This document shows, one piece after another, positions 28,501 to 40,500 of a DNA stretch of 64,000 nucleotides. This DNA comes from Podarcis cretensis (Eukaryota): contig OX638154.1 in the NCBI GenBank assembly GCA_951804945.1, forward strand, positions 63,426,001-63,490,000, in the 5' to 3' direction. Positions within the stretch are counted from its first letter, which is position 1. Every line of letters begins with the position of its first letter. A model generated the notes under the pieces. It worked only from the letters and a program-made list of their open reading frames with translations. It had not been told where the DNA came from and did no database searches. The position numbers and the translations under genes are program-made.

Positions 28501-31500
28501 AAATGCAGCAAAAGAATTAAATCCCAGGATACGTCCATCCTGATGTTGCTTTGAGGCCCCAACCTCTGCAGGCTAGATTTAAATAGTAATTTCAAAATGT
28601 GCCCTTAAACTGTTTGCATGCATTTAACATCACATTTTGTTTTCCCCCTAGCACTGCTGGCCAGTGGGCATGAGAACATGTAATCTGTTATTGTTGTTGT
28701 TATATATCTTGCCTTTCTTCCACCATGGAATCCAAGCTGGCCTTACATATGGTTCCCAGACAATCACCCATTCAGGCATTGAGCAGACCCAAATCTGTTT
28801 AGCAAGGTAGTTGCCTCATGTGCCTTCATATCATATGCTGGGGTTACAATACTGATCAGAGTGAAAGCCAAACTGTACTAAACACACACACGAACACACA
28901 CTGTCTATCATTGTTTATAGAATGCACTCATTAAAATATTAAGTGATGTAAGAGCAAAATGTATACCTATTGATAGCAGAGAAATACATAGCAATAGCTT
29001 TGAATCTTATATTAGAAATTTGGAACAATAAAATAGATTAAAATTGACTTCAGCAAAAACAAAAAATTTCCTGCTGTGAACTTAGTAAAAACTAACTCAT
29101 CCTCTTCTTCTTTTTTTTAAAAAATTCTCATTTTTCTAGGTCCTCCGCCAACAGCAAGTCCAGGAACATCGTGAGTTGTTAAATACTTACTATGTTAATT
29201 TTGTAATGTTTTTAAAAAAGTAATTTTATAGTTCGTATGTATTCTGCTCTGAATTCAACATTAAGAATAGATTTGTGGTATCATTTTAAGTTCATTATAT
29301 GTATATATTCACACATGCATGCACACACTAGGAGTTGTACAGTGGGTCATGCCCAAGCTAGACACTGCTTCTTCCGTCAGTAAAATCAAATTGTTTGCTT
29401 GCTTCCATGGTCCTTAATCCACCCTAACTCTCCTGAATGTTTGGAAAGAGTGCAGATGACAGACCTGAGATGTTACCCACTTTTGACAGATGCTTGCAGA
29501 GACTGTGCTTTTTCTTAGTCTTTGCTGCAGGCAAAGGAAAATGTAGACTACATCTCAAAGTATTTTAGAATCCAATTCTATAGACACAGGATTATAATCA
29601 GTTGAAGACGCAGCAGAACATTCTCTCCCTCTCCTCCCACTACATACCCTCTAAATCTGTTCACAGGGTTCCCCCAGTCCTCCAGAGCAGATTTGGGAAT
29701 GTTGCAGGGTGCATGAAGGAAAACCCTTTTGCGCTAGTACTGATTGTTGTGTCTGCACAACTATTTAATTTAATAACACCCATAGTGTTTACTATCACAC
29801 TGGCCTTGGTCAAATGCAAGAGGAGAGGAAGGCTTTGGCTGTGTACAACCCCCTGCTCCCTGCTGACTCTGAATCCAGTGTACTCCCACTACTGGTTTGA
29901 GAAGTGGTGTACACAACCCATATTATCTTGTTTCTCCTGTTGCTTCTTGTGAAATACTGTGTTCTGATGTGTTCCCCCCCAAAAAACTAACTTCAGTCTG
30001 AATGGGAGGGGAATGATCTAGATTTCGTCTTGGAGGAGCCAGAACCAGGTAGCACTGCCACCCTTGTTAACCACACTGTGTGTTGTCCAAAGCTTTGATT
30101 CCTGACCTTTCACTTGTTGCTGTGCCTGAGGAAATCCATCTAGGTTTCCTGACAGGCCCTGAGCCGAAGGACCTAAGAATGAACTCAGCTGCAGGGTTTT
30201 CTGATGATCATTGAGGGACAAGGGACCTAGTATGGTCCAAAACTCCAAATAAGCTACAGGCCGGCTCATTGAAAACCAGCAAGTTAAATGCAAGCAAGGC
30301 AAAGAGTTAAAAGCTCTTTTTATGGTGGGTTTTCCTGGCATGAAAAGAGCTTTTAAGCTCTCTGCCTTGCTTGGGGAGCAAGGCTCACTCAGTGCATCAG
30401 CTCTGGAAGGCTAGGGATGCTCACACAGAGGTGGTTCCAAGGTGAGGGGTTGAGTTTACATATTTTTGCATATGCATGGACCTGAACCCCTGCATAAGAT
30501 TCAAATGGACTGTCCTGTTTATACTATGGCAGCTATGGTTGACCAGTAAAATTAAGCTACTCATGCTATTAAGGAATCTCAACTTGATTCAAAATCTAAA
30601 AAAGATATGCAGAAAAAGGGAACTGTCCATGATTGAAAACTTTTGTTACAATGGTTTTGCCATCATATTCACTTTAACTCTCTAAGAACTCCTGCTGATT
30701 TTTAACAGAGCCTAGTTTTGTGTATTTGCACTTAAGCTTCCAGCTCAATCCTAAACATGTTTACTCAGAAGTAAACCTCAATAGGGCTTACTCCAAATTA
30801 TGTGTGCACAGGATTACAGCTTTAATTGCTTGATGGTTTTGCACATAATAATTCTATCTTTACTTACGATGTAACACTAATAATGATATTACTATACTGC
30901 AATGTGGATAATCCTTTTAGCATTTTTTTTAAAAAAAGTATGTGAAGCTGTTAAATTCTTTAGCAACATGAAAACAAAATTGTTTTGCTTGAAGTAGGCA
31001 ATATATATGGTTAATTAGCCCTGAACAGCATCTTCTGTGGGACAACTCTGATTTTAAATATTCCCATTCTTAATCTGTGATTAAACAATTCATGCTGTCA
31101 GGCCTGCTAAATACATTGTGGAGACTAAGGAATGTTTTGATTGCAATTCTCAAAGAGACTTACCTTTGAGTAAAGGTGGTGTTGTGCAAAGTGGACCAAG
31201 GATCTATTGCAATACAATTGTGTCAGTCTGGGGAAGGCTGTCAAAGAAGAAAGTGAGATGTTGCTATCATTTCTAATGAAAAATCACAAAAATGCACCTA
31301 TAGGTGTTAGGCAAGCAAATAAATAAAAGTATTCAATTTACTTAAAGCATTTTCTTTTTACTTAGTAGCATACCTTCTTCTAGCTTTATGGCCTTGAACA
31401 AAAATCCCATGGCCGGTATATGCTTGCTTGCTTTGACCATCCAGAAGAGACTTGTAAGAAGAGGCACAACTTCTGTCATGTTATGCATTGCCTTTGTCTA

Positions 31501-34500
31501 CTTTAAGTTTTACTGTTAATCAAGGTGCGGTAGATTGATAGCGGGAAGGAACATGAAAAATGAGTAAAACTAAACTAAAGGTTGGGAGTTGTGTGTGGGG
31601 TGTTTTTTTTAAACTTTGCTTGAGTAAGTTTTCTTCTGGAATTTGCAGCATAACAGAGTTGATAAATGTTGGTTTCTCACTTTCTCTCTCTGCAACTGTG
31701 GGCCAAAGTACACATTGCACAGGGAGATCTGTCACTGGGAGCAGTGTGAGTGCTAATAACATGTAACCCTTTTCTAGTCTGCTTCCCCGCCCCCCATCAT
31801 CACTCTGAGGTTACCATTTGCTCTGCATTTATAATGCAGACACCTGCATGATGACTGTATCCCCCCGCCCCCATGTTGCAAATAGTAGTGCTTGGGGTGC
31901 ATGATGAAATGGTTAAATACCCCCACCTCCTGTGCTGCTTCCTTGGTTTTGCTTAGAGCCTCACCTCACCCCACCGCTTCATTTAAGGGAAATGCTGAGA
32001 ATCCAGTCACATATCTTATTGGGCTAATGGATAAAGCGTGGAAGAAACGGTGCTAAATATGGAGTGAGTGTCCAGACTGGAACAAAGTTAAAAACTGTAA
32101 TGCCCTCATTCCAAGTCCTTGAACTCTCAAGGTCTCAAGCTAGAAAGAGAGAGGTTTGTTAAGCCATAATAAATCATGGATTTCAGTAGTAATGAACATG
32201 ATGTATTACTTTCCATAAGTACCCATTCAAATGGCTTTAAGAGAAAGAAAGCCAAAGTGCAGTAGTTAGATATTGTTACGTGGCAGATCAGTCAGTACTT
32301 TTTCTGATAGCTCCCCAAATGTGTGATGAAGAGTTGAAGCTAGAGAGAACCTTAATACCTCCATCCCCACCAGATGCATGCTCTGCCTCCCACAGTAGCA
32401 GCTGTTCATGAGGGCATAATATATGAATGAGGTCTGCACACCTAGAACCTAGCATAGACCTGGTCATATGGCTGATTTCCCAGGTAAAACTGATATCCAA
32501 GTGAAAGTAATTCAGTTGAACTAGATAGTGCCCATATCCTGATATGCATCTAGTTTGTGCTGGTAGGTTCTGATCCAACAAGTAATATGTACATTGAATC
32601 TTGCTTGGTGTTAAATGTTTGCAAGAGTGCTTGCACAAATGTATTAATGCACAGTTATATGGTTTCCCTTTGGCTGAGTGGAGAAATTGTGATGCCACTT
32701 ACCAGCAATAGAAATATATGACAGAGGAACAGGACTAGAAATGTTATGACAGCATTGAATTGTTAGCATTTGTATCATTGGGCTGGCTTGAACTAACCCA
32801 TTCCTGCTTATACAACAGGGCTTTCCCCCCCCTCCCCTCCCCTCCCCTCTCTGCCGCACAAACTCTGTGCCTCCCCCAAATTCACTATACAGGGTTGGGA
32901 GAACCCCCAAAGCAATTAGGTGGGATTGGAGATCTTTCTGTCAGACAAGCAGAAATGCTGACAGAAAGATATACTTAGCACCATTCCTCTCCCTTTCTTT
33001 AGTGCTAAAACAATCTTATAAAAGCAACTAACAAAACCCAGTTGGAGAACATTTCAGCCTCCCAGGACACTCTGTTGGTGACCTTAAAGTGAGAATTCTT
33101 GAAAGAAGAATGAAATCACAACTTATGGACAAGTTCAATTCTATCAGCTGAACAGAGATAACAAGTTTTTTTAAATCCCACTGCAGGTGTTAATTAGCTA
33201 GCAATGTATGTATGTTAATTAGCTAGCAATGCATGTATTTTCTGGGAATAAATGAAAAAAAAGGATAACCATTTTATGTAAAAAAAAAAAAATTAATTAG
33301 CTAGCAATGGCAGGATGTTTGTGTTACCATCAAAATGCTTCAGGACTGGTCACTGTGCTTATTTTACATACATTTAATCTTTACTTATTGTCTAGTTTTT
33401 TTTGTACTATTTCCTTTTCCTCTGACCACACCGGCTACATTCCACACACACCCTAAAACCATGCATATGTATTCTTGCTAATTGAAGATAACACTTCATG
33501 AATCTAGTGAAGTTTTTACCAACTTGTTCTTCAGAGTGCCACAAGATGCTTTTGACTAAAAACAAAAAAGACTAATATGGCTACACCTCTGACAACTGTG
33601 CCAAAAATAAGATTTAAATATCATATAACGTTAAAATACAAACATATTAAAATAACAGTAAAAATAACAAAAAATGATCTTAAATATAATTGCTTGCCTG
33701 GATCAAGGCATTGTGTGAGGCTGCCTCAGTCATGTGGAGAAGCTGGCATCTTTGTGCTCAACATACAGAGGTTGGAGGGCCAGGTTGGGAGAGTGAGCAT
33801 GACACTGGTATGAGGCAAGCAGTGTGGCTCAATTGCCACTTACTCATGTAGAAATCTTTGACTTTCCCAAGTAGTATGTTATGTATCGTTCATCTGCTTA
33901 TAAAGCCATATGGGAACATTTTACTTTTCCTATTCTGCTGCTAGCAACTTTTGTCATAGTATACCTTACTTGATCCTGCTTTCTTTCTCTGGTGTACTAA
34001 TATAGGGATGATACATTTATAACACAATATCCTGAATTCTAGGTTAAGGTTAGAGTCCAATAGCATCACTGAATTTAGTGGGATTGCTTCCTAGTGAACA
34101 TGTAGAGGATTTCACTGTAGAATAACCATTGGTCTTTTTCACTGTAAGGCAGCCATTTTAAAATAAAAATGATGATGATGATGATGATGCCGACGCATCT
34201 TTCTAACTACCAAGAAATAGACTTGACCCCCAAAGTGTTAAAATCATATCCCAGTAGTAATCCATTTGGCACGCATTGAAATCTGAGATAATTTCCATGA
34301 CCCAGAGACAGCCTACTCTTTTAATGGCCTTAGAACTGTATTACTTCCTTAATCTTCAAGCTGTTTGGCTGCTACCATGATGGATCAGCAGTCAGAAGAG
34401 AGATAGAACAGTCTGGTGCTACAACAGCAGCAGCAGCTGCAGACATGGCATAGCAGATTCCAAGAGATAAGAGGATTTCTTAAAAGGGGAGAAAATACTT

Positions 34501-37500
34501 TTAGCCTGGGAAAATGGGTTGAAATTCTAGCCTTTTCCATCTTCATGTCATTTCCTCTCCTTTCCCACTTCTTATATCATTATCCTAGACTTGATGGTGC
34601 ACTTACACCAGTATAAATCAGAAGCAAGCTCACTGAAAGCTTTGAAGGATTTTACATTGCTGTACCTAAGAGGAACACACAGGGATATCTGGCCATAGAA
34701 TTAAACTAAGAGTTAAACTAAATTAAACTAAGAATGGCTCTCCAATACAAAATCTTAATATTAGGTTTCATTAAAAGGCACAAATCTTGTATGTCTCCAC
34801 CATGTGCATTTTCAAATTTAGAAGCATTTCTAAAAAGTTACAATCATTAGAAAACCCACTCTAGTGCTGGCCAAAAACAGTTAAATCTGGATATCCTAGG
34901 AACTCAACAGATTGGCAGAATTCATGCAGGGGTTAGCACTTGAGAGTGTAGGGCTGAATTTCATTAATAATGTGTGGGAGTGGGAGGAAGTAATAAGCTG
35001 AGCAATTTGGGGTGTTCCCTTCTGGAAAGTTGATCGGTTCATGATGCATAGTTTTTAAACTCGGGGGTAGCCAAGAAAGCCACAGGGCTGAAGGGCGGAA
35101 ACTGTGAATGCATCATTACATCTGAATTTCCATTACAGCAAAATCCTGCCTTGCCCACAGTGGGCAGATAGACCTTCAAAAGCCAGGTCATGTTTGTAAA
35201 CTGTGGAATTTTATCGATAGATAAAAATAGGATCCTTGTATTTTGTTTTCTACTCACAATTTTCAGAATGGGGTGGGCTATAAAACAAGCAAACAAGTTC
35301 CTCATAGGGGTGAGGGGAATCATAGCAACAAATACTCAAAGCCCCCAAAACAAAACCACTCAGTCCACTGTGGGTGTCTTAATGCAGATGGCCGTTTTGG
35401 TAAGGACTGCAAAAATGACAAGAAATATGTTTTCTATGCAAGAAGTCCAGCGTTAATCCTGCTCTGTCATGCATATACCATGGACTTGAAAGAGTTGGGA
35501 GACTTTATTGAATTTTTAAAACGATTGCTGATTCAACCCAGTTGAGGCAAAGTCTGAGGTTTGCTCCTTTTATCTGTGATTGAATATCGGAACTGAGAGG
35601 CTGATCTGATAAAGCCACATGCTCTACACCCTTCTCACTCCACACCACAAAAATTCCAGTTTTATTTCCATGGGAGAAAAGCTTGCTGACTTCTCCTTCT
35701 TAGTCTGGCTTCATTGCCAAAGTGTCTATCTTCTGTGATGCCTACAAGAAACTGAAAACAATCATTATACTGCAACCAATGTTTTGGGGGCTCAGGGCAG
35801 GGTGACTTCATGGTATTAATGAGACCATTTTATAACAGACAGCCTTGTGAAGAAGATGACATTGAAACTCAATATGAATCCAGTAAGGCCAGATTCATTT
35901 ATTGCTTTCGATGGAACAGGGCACATTGTAAGCTATGTGGCCCAAACCAGTTCCACTTAAAGTTAACAAAGCTGCCCATTGTTGTGAAGAAGTGTCAATC
36001 TTGCAGACTTCAACTTAAACAAGTTTACCCTGTGCTTCACCGATCTTTGGAGTAGCCAGTGGTCTCAATCTTTGGGAATGTGTTTATTCAGTCTAGTAAA
36101 AACATTAAAAAGGGGAATAAATCCCTGGTGACCTGAACTGCCTTTCACTGCTGCTATAAACCATAGAACATTTAGAAAGGACTTTTAGAGGTAAAGATAA
36201 TATAGTTTGCATAGCCAGTGTGTATATTATGGTCTTGAGTGGTAGTTACAGAGGTCACTTGCAACTTATATTACTTCATCACAAAATCATTAAGGGTGCA
36301 GAAGAAAGATTATAAGGTGTTACATCATTTATTCCGAAAATTAAAACCATATACAGTGCTACAGTGCTGGCCATATCTAAGTAAGTAAAGTGACAGAAAT
36401 GTAATGGTAGGAGTTCCTATCAGAAGTCAATTGCTGTAAAACGGGGTTAAACATTGACTTCACAATGTGACGAGTTTATTGATCTTGTTAACAGCAAAAA
36501 AATGTGCATGGTTATTTCTGTGGGAAAGCAAAACATTTATCCACTCCCTTGTTATCTAGATGGTTTTTCAGTTCTGAGTCGACTAATGCCCATGCCACCA
36601 GTTTTCATTTATATCCCATGCAATTCCAGGGGCAAGTTACTTTCACCTTCCTTATTCAGGTTCATGTCCTGTTTTGAAAGATTTTTGTTCAGATTGCATA
36701 GTGGTGGGAGCTATTCTCTTAGTTCCAACAAGGTCCAACAGGTCCTTGCACTGTATCAGCAATAGCTTTTCAAATTCCCCCAAGTTTCAAAAGAGGCTCA
36801 TCCAACTCCACTGTGTACACTATAGGCTGACAGCCTTGCCTAGTTTTGAACTTGAGATTTATTTTTTATTTTATTTATTGAATTTATATACTGCCCTATA
36901 CCCAGAGGTCAAAGATTAAACTACCCATGTCAAGGCACAGCAGCTATTATCATTTGGAATTGTTCCACATTTGTATTAATTTAGATAGCTCCTTTGTTGT
37001 AAGAACAGGCTGATACTACCTATGCCAAAATCAAGTGCAACTGTCCATTAACAAAACCAGTGATGTGGACATGGCATTGTATGTTATGAGTCACATACAA
37101 AGCATATTGCTCATAAATTTAACATTGCTTCATTGTTTTGGTAGCATATAGGCATCTTTTTAAACAATACTTGGCTGAAGCTGTTTTTTTTATGCATTTC
37201 TGAAATGCATGTTTTCTATTACCAAGCCCATGATAAGAGTTTTGCTTGATATAAACCAGCTTTCTAGCCAGCCTTAGATTCCAGTTTTTGGACTTGATAA
37301 AGTAAAACAACACAAGTATGCCATAGCCAAGTTTATTAAAACAGGGTTGTCTTAGACAGCTTCTTTGAAACATCTTTGTAACCTCAGGTAATAATTTTTC
37401 AGCAATAAGTCAGATAAATGAAATGATTAATGCACACAGGTTTATCTGTAGCATTACTTAGAATATCATTAAAAATTGACCTTGTCATAAAACGTTTTAC

Positions 37501-40500
37501 AGAAGGACATTAGCCATACTGTTTACTTTTTTAAAAAAAAAGATGATGTCCTTGCTATTTTTAAAAGAAACCTTTAAATATTGACATAACATGTAAAAAA
37601 AATGGGGAAACATTACTGTGCCATCCTCAAACCTTTTGCATCTATTATACTAGGGACAGACTCACATGAAATCCACATGTAGCTAATAAGACTTGGGGTA
37701 TCTTCTGAGGGACAAAGGAAGCTAGACAGTGGTGTGGCAGGGACACATGCTGCTCCATACAGCTTTTTCATAACCAAAGACAAGGCAGAAACACGTGGTT
37801 TCCTTAACCCAGAGGATCAGCAACCTAGGCCTAATTGTATGCAGCCTTTGGCCTAATTTCCAAAGCTCTTTGCAAATGGAACAGGAACAGTTATTTTGCC
37901 CTCCCCTGGCAGCCCATTGGGTGCAGAAGAAACAGGTAGGGAGAGAGAAAAGGACTAGTAGAAAGGACTGTTCAGGACTGAACAAAGCTGTACTAGTCAC
38001 CTGGTCACTGCTGTTATTCCTGTGCTGTATAGTACATTTTATCCCCATGTCTAAGATGATAACGGGATGCCAACAAAAACAGATTAATTAGGATTAAAAA
38101 TCCTGGACACCTGTGAGCACCATGTTGGGTAATGGCTTTCAGAATTATTTTCACAGTGATTGTATATTTTACTCTATGTAGCCCAAAACTCAAAAGGTTT
38201 GCTTAGGCCAATCAGATGATAGGATCTCTAACATTTTGAATAGCATGTTGTGTCCTGGGAAGCAGAGAAGAAATTAGGCAAGATTCTAGAAATAAGGGAA
38301 CTACAGAGATGGCTGGCTGGAGAAAAGGTTTTTTTTCAGAATAAAGTATTAAACATTCCAAGTTATTGGTACATTTTAAAATTGTTTTTGTGCTATTGAC
38401 GTCTTTGTAAGTTCAATTTCACTAGCATATTTACATATATATTCTTCAAAACTCTCACTGCATGCTCGTGACAGAAATTGTAATATGGATTGTAATGGCT
38501 TGGATTTAAGTTTACTTTGGTTAAGAGCCATTGCTCTTTTAAGAGCCCTGCACTGGGACTGTGCAGGCATATTATGGGGGAAGGAAAGGTTGCACTTGAT
38601 AACTTCCACTCCTTCCATTCCCCTGACTCATATCATCTACCAAGCCATTCAGGCCGGCCCCACATTTCCACCAGGTTTTAATAAGGAATCAGTGTGTGGC
38701 TACATGACTAGTAATATTGTGACTTCTGCTCATGGTCTTTAAAAATAACATTGTCCTGAAATATAAAAATTCAAAAGTTTTAAAATAAAGCAGGGGCTGA
38801 CATATGTAGGAACTGTTTAAATGTCCATCTTTAGGCTTTGTGTTTGGAGGGGTGTGTGGCTCTTGGCTTGTTTTGAAGTTTCTGTCTGTGGTGCTGACTT
38901 TCACCTTGCTTCAAAGTATAAGACTCACTTTTCCTTGTTGATGAAGAAGCAAGATCCCAAAATCCAAAGTCAGGAGCTAGCATCATTTACAAAAAAAACA
39001 AAACAAAAAAACCCCTCTAATTGAGACATAGAATGAAATACCTTTCAACTTGGGGGCTGTTGTGGGTGCCTGCTATAGTGGTGGTCTTCCTTGTCCCCGA
39101 GAATGATAAGTTACTTTCTGCTTTCCCCACACTCCCACACCTTCATAGACTTACTAGAAGTGATAGAAGTATAATTTGGTAATTTTGAAGAATACACCTA
39201 CTCTTTGGCATGAGTTAGTGGCAGGTCTTAATTTTCAATGAAGCACATGTCCATAGATGTTTGTTGCTTTAGGAATCAGTTTCTTATCTCAAGAGTAATC
39301 TCTTTTCCAACTTTTTCCGACACCATTTTAATATAGCTCCTGAGATTCTTAAAGCTGACCAGTTATTCCCCAGTGAATAGCTTCTATTTATACGTGTCTA
39401 TCAGGAGTGGAATTTATGAAAGGCGCACAAGTTATGTGAACTGCTAATGTTTTCACAGTTGTTAAACCACTTCATCTATTTTAACTAAGAGTAACTGCAT
39501 ATAAGACATTGGGACTCAACAGCTGCCCCAAATAATGTTAGAAAGCCAAGGCTCTAAACCAAACAAACCCCAGATAATTTAGCAGCAGCAAAGTTGACAT
39601 TTCTCCTTCACGTACAGCCATGGGGAAAATAAAGTGCACCCTATTTGAATTCTGTGATTTTACATATCAGGACATAATAGCAATCACTTGTTCCTTAGCA
39701 GGTCTTAAAATAGATAAATACAACCTCAGATGAACAACAACACATGACATATTATACCGTGTCATGATTTATTTAACAGAAATAAAGCCAAGATGGAGAA
39801 ATCATGTGTGAAAAACTAAGTACACTCTTACTGCTTCCATAGGAATTAAGAGGCTAAGTAGCGGACAGGGGCTGTTAATAAAATGCCCTTGCTTAATTGA
39901 TCATCAGCAAGTGTGCCCACCTCTATAAAAACTGAACTTTTGGCAGTTTGATGGTCTGGATCATTCAGGTGTGCTTTAACACTATACCAAGGAGGAAAGA
40001 TGACACAATACTCTTAGATAAGCAAGTGTATTTCTGCCCGTGAAACTGGGAAAGATCACTTCCCTTGTCCTAGTGCAGTGGTGAGTCTTTTAGACTTGCT
40101 TTCTCCCACTGCCCTTCACATGTTGATGGTTAAACATCTTTACTGGGGACACAGGTGGCGCTGTGGGTTAAACCACAGAGCCTAGGACTTGCTGATCAGA
40201 AGGTCGGCGGTTCGAATCCCTGCGACGGTGTGAGCTCCCATTGCTCAGTCCCTGCTCCTGCCAACCTAGCAGTTTGAAAGCATGTCAAAGTGCAAGTAGA
40301 TAAATAGGTACCGCTCCGGCGGGAAGGTAAACGGCGTTTCCGTGCGCTGCTCTGGTTCGCCAAAAGCTCTTAGTCATGCTGGCCACATGACCCGGAAGCT
40401 GTACGCCAGCTCCCTCGGCCAATAAAGTGAGATGAGCACCGCAACCCCAGAGTCGGTCATGACTGGACCTAATGGTCAGGGATCCCTTTACCTTTACCTC

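Noticed and set aside
28750-28805. 5S rRNA gene
   Set aside because: Only partial, heavily diverged similarity, consistent with a derived retroposon.
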